Shown here in pieces: positions 9,119-18,993 of a DNA stretch of 64,000 nt (within the stretch, counting starts at the first letter, position 1; every line of letters begins with the position of its first letter). The stretch spans positions 1,632,001-1,696,000 of the forward strand of contig CAWAIF010000003.1 of NCBI GenBank assembly GCA_963782055.1, given 5' to 3'. A program made the position numbers and the translations under genes. Under the pieces are notes generated by a model. That model was not told the DNA's origin. It saw only the letters and a list, made by a program, of their open reading frames with translations, and searched no databases. This DNA comes from an uncultured delta proteobacterium (GTDB lineage: Bacteria > Myxococcota_A > Polyangia > Polyangiales > Polyangiaceae).

Positions 9119-10669
9119 TCACGCCTCGGCCGCGCGCCGGTCGTGGGCCTCCAGGGCGAAGCGGAAGCTCACGCGCGCCACGCGGAAGCAGAGCGGCCGC
9201 GCGTCGCCGGCGATGGCGTGCGCCGCGCGGGAGATCACCTCCCCCTCCATCGGCTCGCACGCCTCCAGCGGGATGCCCAAGGCAATCTCCTGCCGCGAGA
9301 CGCGCCGGCGCAGCGGCTGGCTGCTCATCGCGCGGTCCTGCGGCACGCAGTAGGCGAGGAAGGCGCGGAAGTCCGGCCAGCACTCGGCCCACGCGCCGGT
9401 CATCGCCGGCGTCTCGCACGGACGGAGGAGCAGCTCGGCGTCGGGCGCGGAGCCCCCACCCGGGTCCAGCGTCACGCGCAGCGCCGCGCCTTCGTGGCGC
9501 ACCTCCCCGCGCCGGAGCACGTGCATCGGCATCCCCTCGGTGAGCATGCGCGCCGCGAGCGCCTGCGGCGTGTTGGTGATGGCGTTGGTGAGGAAGGTGA
9601 TCCCCTCCTGGCCGGTCTCCGGGTCCCGCACGTGGATGCGCCAGTTGGTCTGCACCGGCGACGGGAAGAGCCTGCGCAGCGGGCCGAGGAAGGCGAAGCC
9701 GAAGTGCCCGTGCTGGTAGGTGAGGAAGGTGAAGAGCGCGTGCTCCCCGCGCGGCCCGAGGCGCTGCAGCTCCAGTCCGGGCGGCACCAGCGCCGCCGCC
9801 TTCTCCGCCGGGACGAGGTAGTTGACGTAAACCACGTCGGTGATGTCGCTCCGCATCGGCACCTCCGGCAGCGGCTCGAGCAGCGCGCCGAAGAGCCGGC
9901 TGTTGGCGAAGGCGTCGCAGAGCCGCGCGAGGGCTCCGGAGCCCGGGTGACGCCACCTCGCGAGGCGGCCGAAGGGCTCGTCGGGCCGCGCGCGCCGGAG
10001 CACCGCCTCCGTGACCAGCCCGAGCCACACCTGGAGCTGGAGGAACCCCAGGCCGTTGGCCGCCGAGACGAACGTGGCAGTCGGCCGGTGCTCCACCGGC
10101 AGGAGCGGCGCGAGCACCGCGACGAGCATCGTCGTCCAGAGCGGCACGCTGAGCAGCCCCAGCGCGCGCGACCACACCCCGCCCCCTGCGAAGCACCATG
10201 TCCAGCCGAGCGCGGCGAGGGTGTACAGGAGCGCGCCCCACCCGGCGGTGAGCGGGAAGATCGCCCGCTCCAGCGCCAGGTACGCGGCGTGGTCGGTCTG
10301 CGCCAGCGCCACCCCGCGCGTGACCCACACGGCCTGCGCGTACTGATCGGGCACGACCGCGGCGACAGTGAAGATCACCACCAGGACTCGCGCGGCGCGC
10401 GGCATCCACCGCACCCGCGCCATGGCGAGCGCGAGCAGGAGGTCGGCGAGCGCGCACGCCTGCCACGGCAGCCAGCCCAGTCGGAAGCGCCACGGGTGCG
10501 CGGCGATGCTCGCCACGCGCGCGGCGTCGTCCGGAGCGGTCCCGCCGGGCAGCGCCGGCAGCAGCAGCAGCGCCATGGAGAGCAGGGCGACGCCGTGCAC
10601 CACGAAGTTGAAGAGCAGCGCCCGCTCCAGCGCGCGGTCAGCCGGCGTGTAGGCGTGCGGCCCGCGCAT
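9119..10669 (-). CDS. Membrane protein fused to a C-terminal DUF2071/YqjF-like domain
   Basis: About 6 hydrophobic helices, then DVVYVNYLVP...LVPPGLEL...QTNWRIHV...GITFL. Confidence 0.7.
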   Translation of the reverse strand: MRGPHAYTPADRALERALLFNFVVHGVALLSMALLLLPALPGGTAPDDAARVASIAAHPWRFRLGWLPWQACALADLLLALAMARVRWMPRAARVLVVIFTVAAVVPDQYAQAVWVTRGVALAQTDHAAYLALERAIFPLTAGWGALLYTLAALGWTWCFAGGGVWSRALGLLSVPLWTTMLVAVLAPLLPVEHRPTATFVSAANGLGFLQLQVWLGLVTEAVLRRARPDEPFGRLARWRHPGSGALARLCDAFANSRLFGALLEPLPEVPMRSDITDVVYVNYLVPAEKAAALVPPGLELQRLGPRGEHALFTFLTYQHGHFGFAFLGPLRRLFPSPVQTNWRIHVRDPETGQEGITFLTNAITNTPQALAARMLTEGMPMHVLRRGEVRHEGAALRVTLDPGGGSAPDAELLLRPCETPAMTGAWAECWPDFRAFLAYCVPQDRAMSSQPLRRRVSRQEIALGIPLEACEPMEGEVISRAAHAIAGDARPLCFRVARVSFRFALEAHDRRAAEA

Positions 10670-10768
10670 GCGCGCGATTGTGGCCCGCCGGCCGCCCCGA
10701 TGAAAGGCCATCGGCCAGCGCCGGAGCGTCCTCCGGTGCGCGCGCCCGCGAGCCCTGACCTCCGCGGG

Positions 10769-11716
10769 TCAGGTCGTGCGCGGCACCAGCGGAGGCGCGG
10801 GACGCTCCGACTCCAGCTGTCCGCGCAGGAAGATGGCCAGCGCGACGATGGCGACGCCCAGCATGAGGTAAAGCGCCTGGGAGGCGAGAAAGGCGTGCAT
10901 CATCACCGCCCACACCAGCGTCCAGATCACCAGGCCGGTGCCCGCCACGGCGGAGACTGTCGCGCCGGACGAGCGTCGCCGCAGCGCCTGGACACCGCCG
11001 AGCAGGTGGCCGCACCCGAGGAGGAAGAAGAGGAGCAGGCCGGGCACGAGGAAGTCGGCGAAGGGGGAGCGCGAGAGCACGTCCAGCGGGGCCTGGATGA
11101 GTGAGCCGTCCGGGCGCAGCACCAGCGCGCCGCCGCCGAAGAGGGCGCCGGCGGCCACGAAGAGGTCCAGCACGCCGAGCAGCACCCAGCCGAAGAGGGC
11201 CTCCTGCAGTCGCTGGGCGCCGAGGGGGCGCGCCTCCGGCAGCGTCCGCCTGATCTCCGCCGCGAAGGCGCGCACGTGCTCCGGCCGTCGCCAGTCGCCG
11301 GCGTGCGTCTTGGCCATCGCCGACGCGATGAAGCCGTGGGCGTCGGGCGTCAGGCGGCCGCCGAAGGTGGCGTGGCCCTGCGCCCCGACCTTGCGCATCA
11401 GCGCCTGGACCTGCTTGGTCGGCGGGATGTCGCCCTGCTCGGCCGAGTCGTCGAGCGGGCCGCTCGAGAAGAACCACACCGGCACATGGCGCAGCACATG
11501 CTCGCGCCGGGTGACGAAGCGACGAGCGTCGCGGTGCCAGCGGTTGGCGTAGAGCGCGCCTCCCACCACCGCCGCGTCGAAGCCGGTCGCGCCGAGCGCC
11601 TCATCCGCGGGGAGGAGATCGACCTCCATCCCAGCTTGTTCCAGATCGTCCGCCAGCCAGCGGGCAATCCCCTCGGTCCCGCCGCGCTTGGAGCCCCACG
11701 TGATGAGAACGCGCAT
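10769..11716 (-). CDS. Flavodoxin-domain protein (HemG-like Flavodoxin_5) with a 4-TM C-terminal domain
   Basis: VLITWGSKRGGTEGIA, VVGGALY, VWFFSSGPL, FGGRL, GDWR; GGAGG SD. Confidence 0.82.
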   Translation of the reverse strand: MRVLITWGSKRGGTEGIARWLADDLEQAGMEVDLLPADEALGATGFDAAVVGGALYANRWHRDARRFVTRREHVLRHVPVWFFSSGPLDDSAEQGDIPPTKQVQALMRKVGAQGHATFGGRLTPDAHGFIASAMAKTHAGDWRRPEHVRAFAAEIRRTLPEARPLGAQRLQEALFGWVLLGVLDLFVAAGALFGGGALVLRPDGSLIQAPLDVLSRSPFADFLVPGLLLFFLLGCGHLLGGVQALRRRSSGATVSAVAGTGLVIWTLVWAVMMHAFLASQALYLMLGVAIVALAIFLRGQLESERPAPPLVPRTT

Positions 11717-11743
11717 GGTCGAGCCTCCACTAACCCTGCGTTT

Positions 11744-11759
11744 TGCAAGACCGGGGCCG
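11744..11759 (-). promoter_or_regulatory. Possible sigma54 promoter
   Basis: Minus strand cGGccccggtcttGCa (GG-N10-GC with TTGCA) upstream of the SD and ATG 11716. Confidence 0.5.
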
Positions 11760-11953
11760 CCGCGTTGCCCAGGAAACTCGCGCGCGAAGGCCGCCCTTTC
11801 GGGCAGGGAATGCGCGGGTGCGACCCCTTTGCATCGGTGTGGCAAGCTTGCCTCCGGAGTGCGAAAAGGCGCGCGCTGGTGCGGGTGTGTGCGCCTCGCT
11901 CCCCACGCTTCGGGCGCGAATCAAGGCGCCGGAGGTGGTAGCCTGGTTGTCCA

Positions 11954-14671
11954 GTGCCAGGTCCTGCCCGCAAAGAAGACACGGCTGCCACCCAGCGCGT
12001 CGGGACGACGCTCAAGGGCAAGTGGCACCTCGACGCGCTGCTCGGCGTCGGAGGCATGGCGACGGTCTACGCGGCGACCCACCGCAACGGTCAGCGCGCC
12101 GCGCTGAAGATCCTGCACGGCGATTTTGCACGCGACCGCGCCATCATCGATCGCTTCCTGAAGGAGTCGTACGTCTCCAACAAGATCGGCCACGAGGCGT
12201 GCGTCCGCGTCCTGGACGACGACGTGACCGACGAGGGCGAGCCCTTCCTCATCATGGAGCTGCTGGAGGGCAAGACGGTCGGCCAGCTCTGGAAGAGCCA
12301 CGGCCGGCGGATGCCCCTGTTGAAGGCGCTGGAGATCGCCGAGGCGGTCTGCGACTGCCTCCAGGCCTGTCACGCGGTGGGCGTCATCCACCGCGACCTC
12401 AAGCCGGCCAACGTCTTCATGACCAACGAGGGGCAGGTCAAGGTGCTGGACTTCGGCGTGGCCCAGTTCCACGACGCCGGCAGCGAGCGCACCGTCGCAG
12501 GGACCGCGCTGGGCACGCCCTCGTACATGTCGCCGGAGCAGGCGATGGGCCTCTCCAAGGACCTGGACGGCCGCACCGACCTCTTCTCGGTGGGCGCCAT
12601 GCTCCACGCCATGATCACCGGCCAGCGCATCAACCAGGGCCGGACCGAGGCGGAGGCGCTCGTCGTCGCCTCGACCACGCCGGTGCCGTCGGTCGCGCGC
12701 ATCGCGCCGGACCTCCCCATCGAGCTCATCCAGCTCATCGACAGGTCGCTCGCCTTCGACCGCCGCAACCGCTACGGCGACGCCCGCGAGATGCAGCAGG
12801 CGATCGCCGAGGTGCTCGGCTCCCTCTCGCGCGGCGTGCGCCTCCCGGACTCCGTCAGCCCGCAGGCGGCCCCGTCGGTCCGGCCTTCGGTGCCGGCCGC
12901 GGGCCCCGGCGCGTCGCGCCCGCCGTCGCAGGTGCCGTCGGTCTCCGGCTCGGTGGAGGTGCAGGTCCCGGAGGACGACCCGCGCGTCGGCCACGCGCGC
13001 GACGTGACCAAGCACATCGAGCGCGTGCTGCCCAACGTGCGGCAGTTCGGCTGGGACCACCCGGCGACCGAGCGCGTGCTGCGCACCGCCTTCGAGGGCG
13101 TCGCCGAGACGCTCTCCAGGGCGCGCGAGCCGGTCGAGCTCTCGGTGCGGCCCTACTCGATGCTCTCCTTCGGCCACACCGCCTGGGAGCCGACCGCGCC
13201 GTGGGACTCCATCCCCTACAACCTCTTCACCTGCGGCATGCGCGCGCTGCGCGTGGTGCCCGGCATCACCATCGAGGAGCTGCGCTCGCTGCTGGAGACG
13301 ATGATGCTGGACCCCGGCCGCGACCTGCCGCCGGAGGACGACATCGTCACCGCCTTCTGGGAGAAGGCGCTGCCGCACGTGGAGTACGACGTGGCCGACG
13401 CCTTCGCCGAGGGCGACGCCGCCGCGCGCGAGGCCTTCTACGACGAGTCGGATCGCCTGGAGCACGCCGCCGCGCAGGCCCAGCAGGCGAAGGTGAGCGC
13501 GCTGGAGGCGCGGGCGATGGCGGTGGCCACCGACCGCGACCGCCTCTCCGCCGTGGGGGGCGCCACCGCGATGAGCCTGGAGGACGCGATGAAGGCGGCC
13601 TACGCGACGCAGCTCGACGTCGCGTCGGAGGAGTGGAGCGATCGCTACGTGGACGCCATCGTGGAGGGTCTGGTCGACGCGGTGAAGCGGCGCGAGCCGG
13701 ATCTGGTGCTCGGCTCTCTCCGCCGCTCCAGCGCCAACCTGCTTGTCGCCGGCCGCGTGGAGATCGTGGCCGGGCTGCTGACCTCGCTCTGCGCGCGCGT
13801 CGAGCGGCGGGCCGCGCCGAAGGAGCGGGCAGCGCTGCAGGCCGCGCTCACATCCACCCTCTTCGGCGGCGAGCCGCTGGAGATCGCGCTGCGCAAGCTC
13901 GCCGAGGACCCGGCGAAGGTGGACGCCTTCGCCGGCGTGCTGCGCACGCTCCCGGCGTCGGAGCTCCCCCGCCTGCTCTCCGCGCTCGGCCAGCCCTGTC
14001 CGGACCCGCTCGCCGCGTGCATCCTGGAGTTCGTCGCGCGCCACCTCGCCGGTCACGAGGAGGACGTGGCCAAGGTGGCCGCCGGCGCGCCCCCGGAGGT
14101 GCGCACGCGGATGCTGGAGATGCTGGTCGGCGCGCAGACGCAGGGCGCGCGCGCCGCGCTGGGCCGCCTGGCCGAGGTGGAGGACCCCGCGCTGCGCGTG
14201 GAGGTGCGCATCCTCACGGCCGGCGGCGCCGACCAAATCCGGCAGGAGCTGAGCACCCTCTTCGAGCAGGGCTCCGCCGTCGTGCGCGTCGGCGCGCTGC
14301 GCACGGTGGTCAAGCACGGGGTGCGCGCGGCGTGGCCCGCGGTCAAGCGCGCCTACGACAAGCCCGGCTTCCACGACCTCGGCGCCGACGAGCGGCGCGA
14401 GCTGCTCCGCGCGCTGGTGGCGCTCTCGCCGGACCACGGCGAGCCCGTGGCGCTGGAGCTGCTGAAGAAGGGCGGCCTCTTCCGCTCGGAGGCGAAGGAG
14501 ACGTCGCGCACCATCGCCGCGGAGGTGCTGGGCGAGCTCTCCAGCTCCCCGGAGGTCCTGGCCGCGCTCGAGGATGTCTCGCAGTCCCGCTGGAGCGCCT
14601 CGGAGGGGACGCGCAACGCCGCGCACGCCGCGGCCGAGCGCATCCGCGCCTCGCAGGGGGCGCCCTCGTGA
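11954..14671 (+). CDS. Ser/Thr protein kinase with C-terminal HEAT-like helical repeats
   Basis: LGVGGMATVY, ALKIL, HRDLKPAN, LDFG, GTPSYMSPEQ, DLFSVG; C-terminal (V)RxxA helical repeats; no TM segment. Confidence 0.93.
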   Translation: MPGPARKEDTAATQRVGTTLKGKWHLDALLGVGGMATVYAATHRNGQRAALKILHGDFARDRAIIDRFLKESYVSNKIGHEACVRVLDDDVTDEGEPFLIMELLEGKTVGQLWKSHGRRMPLLKALEIAEAVCDCLQACHAVGVIHRDLKPANVFMTNEGQVKVLDFGVAQFHDAGSERTVAGTALGTPSYMSPEQAMGLSKDLDGRTDLFSVGAMLHAMITGQRINQGRTEAEALVVASTTPVPSVARIAPDLPIELIQLIDRSLAFDRRNRYGDAREMQQAIAEVLGSLSRGVRLPDSVSPQAAPSVRPSVPAAGPGASRPPSQVPSVSGSVEVQVPEDDPRVGHARDVTKHIERVLPNVRQFGWDHPATERVLRTAFEGVAETLSRAREPVELSVRPYSMLSFGHTAWEPTAPWDSIPYNLFTCGMRALRVVPGITIEELRSLLETMMLDPGRDLPPEDDIVTAFWEKALPHVEYDVADAFAEGDAAAREAFYDESDRLEHAAAQAQQAKVSALEARAMAVATDRDRLSAVGGATAMSLEDAMKAAYATQLDVASEEWSDRYVDAIVEGLVDAVKRREPDLVLGSLRRSSANLLVAGRVEIVAGLLTSLCARVERRAAPKERAALQAALTSTLFGGEPLEIALRKLAEDPAKVDAFAGVLRTLPASELPRLLSALGQPCPDPLAACILEFVARHLAGHEEDVAKVAAGAPPEVRTRMLEMLVGAQTQGARAALGRLAEVEDPALRVEVRILTAGGADQIRQELSTLFEQGSAVVRVGALRTVVKHGVRAAWPAVKRAYDKPGFHDLGADERRELLRALVALSPDHGEPVALELLKKGGLFRSEAKETSRTIAAEVLGELSSSPEVLAALEDVSQSRWSASEGTRNAAHAAAERIRASQGAPS

Positions 14672-17600
14672 CGCAGGCCGCGCGCGTCAACATCGTCTCC
14701 AACAACGCCGGCGATCTCGTCCGCCGCGAGCACGCCCGCGATCTCGGGGCGAGCGTGGTCGTGGCGATCTACCGTCTCGCCAAGCTCGCCAAGCTCCACG
14801 ACCTCGGCAACGAGGCCCTCCGGCGGCAGCTCGAGCAGACGCGCGACGCGATCCACGACTACTGCCTGCGCGCCGGCACCGACGTGGACGTCCTCTTCGC
14901 GCACCGCGCCGTCTTCGTGGCGGGGCAGCTCCTCAAGGGCTCGCGCGGGATCTACGACTCGGCGGCGGAGCTGGGCGAGATCCTCGCCTGGTGCGGCGGC
15001 TCGGAGCTGGCCATCACCCGCGACGTCACGCTGGAGGATCTCCACGCCTTCGCCGAGGCGGTCTCGGCGGCCATGCGGGCAGAGCGCGGCAGCTTCCGCT
15101 CCCCGGCGAAGAGCATCCGCCTGCGCCCGGTGGCCGAGGCGGCGCGCGTGCGCGGCCTGGAAGTCGAGCGCCTCCCCTTCGAGCAGCGCGTCGTGCGCAC
15201 CTACGCCTCCGCGGTGGTGATCATGCGTCGCTTCTTGGAGGACCTGGAGGCGGGCCGCTACGTGCTGCCCAAGCGGGTGAAGCGCGTCGCGCAGAACCTG
15301 GTGGACCTCTCGGAGGGCGGCACCGCCGCCTTCCTCGGCGTGACCGAGATGCGCAACGCCAACACCGACGACGCCGGTCGTGCGGTCAACGCGGCCATCC
15401 TCTCGGTGCTGGTGGCGCGCCAGCTCACCGGCGACCGCGCCGCGCTCGCCCACGTGGCGATGGCGGCGATGATGCACGACGTGGGGCGCCCGCGCGCCAC
15501 CGCGCACGCGGCGAAGTCGCTCGGCATCGCGCGCGTGCGCCTGAGTGAGGACGAGGAGGACGCCCTGCCCGCCGGCACCGCGGCGGTGCTCACGGCCCTC
15601 GGACGCCTCAACGACGCCTCCATCCGCCGCACCGTCATCACCTTCGAGGCGCTCTCCCTGCGCCGCGCCGCGAGCATCGGGCCGCCCTACCGCGGCGCGC
15701 GGCAGGCCACGCTCCACGCCCGCATCCTGCGGGTGGTGCGCCGCTACAACGAGCTCATGGTGCCGGACCCGGGGCTCCCCTCGCCGGCGCCGGACCACGC
15801 CATCGCCAGGCTCTCCGTCGAGCTGACGGAGCCGGCGGACCAGACCGTCCTGCGCATGCTGGTCGCGGCGCTCGGCACCTATCCCATCGGCACCGCGTTG
15901 CAGCTCTCCGGCGGGGAGGTGGTGGAGGTGGTCAAGGGCGGTCCCCGCCCGCGCGTGCGCGTGGTGATGGACGCGCGGGGCGCGGTCGCGAGACAGGCGG
16001 TCGAGATCGACCTGTCCGCGCGGCCGGAAGTGACTGTGCTTCGCGTCCTCGGCACCGAGGGCTGGCGGAAGGGGGAGGGCGCGGTGCTGGAGGGCGAGAC
16101 GCCGTCGTCGGTCCAGCCGCCCAGCCAGCGCAGCGCCTCCATCTCACGCGAGCGCCGCGTCGATCCTTCGGCGCCGCCCTCCGCCCCGTCGCGGCCCTCC
16201 TTCACCAACGAGCCCTCCTTCAACACCGGACCTTCGTCCCCCTCGCTAGGCACCACGCCCTCCGGGGTGGTGGACGCGATGGGGAGCCGCGACGAGAGCG
16301 AGGACTCACCCAACATCATCGAGACCGACGACGAGGGCCGCACGGTGCTCGCGCCGTCGCCCTTCGCCAGCGACAATCGCTCCGTCGCCGCCGTGCGGCA
16401 CGGCGCGACCGCCGTCGGGCACATCGCGACGACGCCTGTCGTGCACATCTTCGTCTACGTGCTCGAGCGCGGGCTCACCGGCAGCGTGGAGCTCACCGAG
16501 CCGACGGGTGAGCGTCACCAGCTACGCTTCCTCGAGGGTGGGCTCGTCAAGGTGAAGACGGGCCGCACGGTGGCGCCGCTCGCGAAGGAGCTGGTCGCCG
16601 CCGGCCTCCTCACCGACGCCGCCGCCGCCATGTCGGTCGCGCAGTCGAAGGCATCGAGCACGCTGCTCGGCGAGTTCTTGGTGCAGCGCAAGCTGGTCAG
16701 CCGCGAGGACGTCGCCCTCGCGCTCGCCCGGCAGGCGCGCCGCAAGCTCGCTGCCATCGTCAACCTGCCCGCGCACACCATGTACGCCTTCTACGGCGAC
16801 CAGGACCTGCTCGGCGACTGGGCGGGCCAGGGGACGGAGGTGGAGCCCATCGGCACCGTCCTCGCCGCCGCGCGCGCGTGGAACAATCGCGCCCGCATCC
16901 GCGCCACGCTCCAGCGCATCGCCGCCCACCCCATGCGCGTGCACCCCAGCTCCACCATCGACATGGTGGACATGACCGACGCGGAGCGCGCGGTGCTCGC
17001 CGTCATCCGCGAGCGCGAGCCGGTGCTCTCCGAGCTGTTCGCCGTGCCCGGGCTGGCGGAGGAGGCGGTCGCCTCGCTCGCCTACACCCTCGCCGTCACG
17101 CGACACGTCGTGCTCCCCGGGCAGCGCGGGGGGCCGATGGCCCTGGAGGGCAGCGCGCGGCTGTCGCGCGCGCCGGCGCCGGCGGCCGGCGAGCGGACGG
17201 TGGGCGGCGCGGATCGCACGGTCGCCATCTCCTCGCAGCGGACGCTGGCGGTGCGCCTGCGCGACGACGACGCGACGCTCGCCCGCGCCAGCGCCGCCTC
17301 CGCGCCGCCCCCTTCGGGTCGAGATCTCTCCGGCCCGCCGGCCTCGGCGCGAGGTACGTCGCCGTCGCCCGCGCCCGTCTCGGTGCGCTCGCCCGGTCCG
17401 CCGCCGTCCATTCGCGAGCGCGCCTCCGCGTCGCCGCCCCTGCCCGCCATGCCGCCGCCGCCCCCGTCCTCGCGCGCCGTGGCCCCGACGCCCCCGGCTT
17501 CCTCTCGCGCGGTCGCACCTCCGCCGCCGCCCTCCGCCCGCGACATGGTGCCGCCGGCCCCGCCGTCGATGCGCGACGTGCCGCCGGCGCCGACATCCTC

Positions 17601-18036
17601 GCGCGATCTCGGCCAGTCGCCGCCGCCGGTCTCCTCGGTGCGCGAGCTGCCGCCCATGTCGCACCGGTCGCGGGAGGCTCTCGGGGAGCTGCGCCAGGCG
17701 GAGAGCTTCCTGCAGAAGAAGGACTTCGTCGCGGCGGAGGAGCACGCGCGCCGCGGCATGAAGCTGGACCCCGACCACGCCGAGCCCGCGGCGTTCGTGG
17801 AGTGGGTGCTGGTGATGGCGGGGAAGCAGACGCCGGCCCAGGCCATCGTCGGCATCAGCGACGTCCTCCAGCGCGACCCGAACTCGGTGCGCGCGCGCGT
17901 CCTGCGCGCCAAGCTCCTCAAGCGCGAGAACAAGATTCACGACGCCATCGCCGACCTCGAGCTCGCCCTGCGCGCCGAGCCGGATCACAAGGACGCCAAG
18001 AACGAGCTGCAGCTCCTCAAGCTATTCGCCAGGTAG
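14668..18036 (+). CDS. Multidomain signalling protein: degenerate HD-GYP-like domain, DUF4388/MshEN-like region, Pro-rich linker, C-terminal TPRs
   Basis: GTGA overlap with the kinase stop; MMHDVGR, HARILRV, LGTYPIGT; LTGSVEL...LLGEFLVQRKLVSREDVALALARQ; TPR-like ...LDPDHAE, ...RDPNS, ...EPDHKDA. Confidence 0.8.
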   Translation: MTQAARVNIVSNNAGDLVRREHARDLGASVVVAIYRLAKLAKLHDLGNEALRRQLEQTRDAIHDYCLRAGTDVDVLFAHRAVFVAGQLLKGSRGIYDSAAELGEILAWCGGSELAITRDVTLEDLHAFAEAVSAAMRAERGSFRSPAKSIRLRPVAEAARVRGLEVERLPFEQRVVRTYASAVVIMRRFLEDLEAGRYVLPKRVKRVAQNLVDLSEGGTAAFLGVTEMRNANTDDAGRAVNAAILSVLVARQLTGDRAALAHVAMAAMMHDVGRPRATAHAAKSLGIARVRLSEDEEDALPAGTAAVLTALGRLNDASIRRTVITFEALSLRRAASIGPPYRGARQATLHARILRVVRRYNELMVPDPGLPSPAPDHAIARLSVELTEPADQTVLRMLVAALGTYPIGTALQLSGGEVVEVVKGGPRPRVRVVMDARGAVARQAVEIDLSARPEVTVLRVLGTEGWRKGEGAVLEGETPSSVQPPSQRSASISRERRVDPSAPPSAPSRPSFTNEPSFNTGPSSPSLGTTPSGVVDAMGSRDESEDSPNIIETDDEGRTVLAPSPFASDNRSVAAVRHGATAVGHIATTPVVHIFVYVLERGLTGSVELTEPTGERHQLRFLEGGLVKVKTGRTVAPLAKELVAAGLLTDAAAAMSVAQSKASSTLLGEFLVQRKLVSREDVALALARQARRKLAAIVNLPAHTMYAFYGDQDLLGDWAGQGTEVEPIGTVLAAARAWNNRARIRATLQRIAAHPMRVHPSSTIDMVDMTDAERAVLAVIREREPVLSELFAVPGLAEEAVASLAYTLAVTRHVVLPGQRGGPMALEGSARLSRAPAPAAGERTVGGADRTVAISSQRTLAVRLRDDDATLARASAASAPPPSGRDLSGPPASARGTSPSPAPVSVRSPGPPPSIRERASASPPLPAMPPPPPSSRAVAPTPPASSRAVAPPPPPSARDMVPPAPPSMRDVPPAPTSSRDLGQSPPPVSSVRELPPMSHRSREALGELRQAESFLQKKDFVAAEEHARRGMKLDPDHAEPAAFVEWVLVMAGKQTPAQAIVGISDVLQRDPNSVRARVLRAKLLKRENKIHDAIADLELALRAEPDHKDAKNELQLLKLFAR

Positions 18037-18043
18037 CCTGTCG

Positions 18044-18277
18044 ATGCGTCGATTCGTCGGCTTGCTGCTGGTCGCGCCCCTCGCCACCGTCGTGCCCTTC
18101 ATGGTGCGGAGCTGTCACCGCGCCGGCCCCGCGCGCGACGCCGGCTCCGACCTCACCGACAACCTGCTGACCGCGCTCTTCATCCTCGGCCTGCCGCTGG
18201 CAATCGTCGGGTGCAAGATGCTCTTCGGCCGGCTGCCCGCGTCGGCCGGACCGAAGGCCCCCGGACCGAGGGGCTGA
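18044..18277 (+). CDS. Small 2-TM hypothetical protein
   Basis: 77-aa ORF filling the gap, two hydrophobic segments. Confidence 0.6.
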   Translation: MRRFVGLLLVAPLATVVPFMVRSCHRAGPARDAGSDLTDNLLTALFILGLPLAIVGCKMLFGRLPASAGPKAPGPRG

Positions 18278-18298
18278 GCTCTCGAACGGGAGGCTCGG

Positions 18299-18850
18299 TC
18301 AGGAGCTGGACTTGAGCGCGATGTCAACGCGGCGGTCGGTCCGGTAGCTGGACTCATCGGTGCCGGTGGCGTCCAGCGAGCCGCGCGACGTCTCGCCGAT
18401 GCGGGGCGCGGCGACGCCCTTGCCCACGAGGAAGCTCCGCACGGTGTGGGCGCGGTGCTCGCCCAGCGCCATGTTGTACTCGTCGGTGCCCCGCGGGTCC
18501 GCGCGGCCGGTGAGCGAGATGCCGCGCCCCTTGAGCGGGCCGGTGGTGAGGCAGGTGGCGATCTTGGCGAGCACCGCGTGGTCCGCCGGTGTCAGGCGGC
18601 TGGCGTCGTAGGCGAACTTGGGCGCGGCCTCGGTGTCGCTCGTGGCGTCCAGGTGGCACAGCTCGTAGATGGCCTGGTCCACGCGGACGTTGGGGCTGAC
18701 GGCGTGGGGCTTGGGCGCCGGCTGATCCGCCCTGGGTACGACCTGCGCGGTCTGCGGCGCCTCCGGCGTCTTGACCGCCTCGTGGCCGCACGCGGTGGCG
18801 AGCGAAGCAACGAAGATCCCGAGGGTGGGGAGAAGGGTACGTGCGTTCAT
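18299..18850 (-). CDS. OmpA/Pal-like peptidoglycan-binding lipoprotein
   Basis: Lipobox ATAC; KFAYD, LTGRADPRGTDEYNMALGEHRA, DRRVDI. Confidence 0.9.
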   Translation of the reverse strand: MNARTLLPTLGIFVASLATACGHEAVKTPEAPQTAQVVPRADQPAPKPHAVSPNVRVDQAIYELCHLDATSDTEAAPKFAYDASRLTPADHAVLAKIATCLTTGPLKGRGISLTGRADPRGTDEYNMALGEHRAHTVRSFLVGKGVAAPRIGETSRGSLDATGTDESSYRTDRRVDIALKSSS

Positions 18851-18993
18851 GGATGACCTCTCGGCGCCGAGAACAATCGCGCGCGGCGGATTGTTTCGGG
18901 CAGCATCGCGCCGATTTTGCGCGAAGCACGCGGATCGACGCCGTATTCGAGCTTGGATGACGCGAGGGCGAGGGGCGTTGCGCCTCGGCGCGC

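Noticed and set aside
11743..14667. N-terminal half of the 2097-aa ORF
   Set aside because: Arg/Gly-rich shadow frame overlapping the kinase; the real gene starts at GTG 14668
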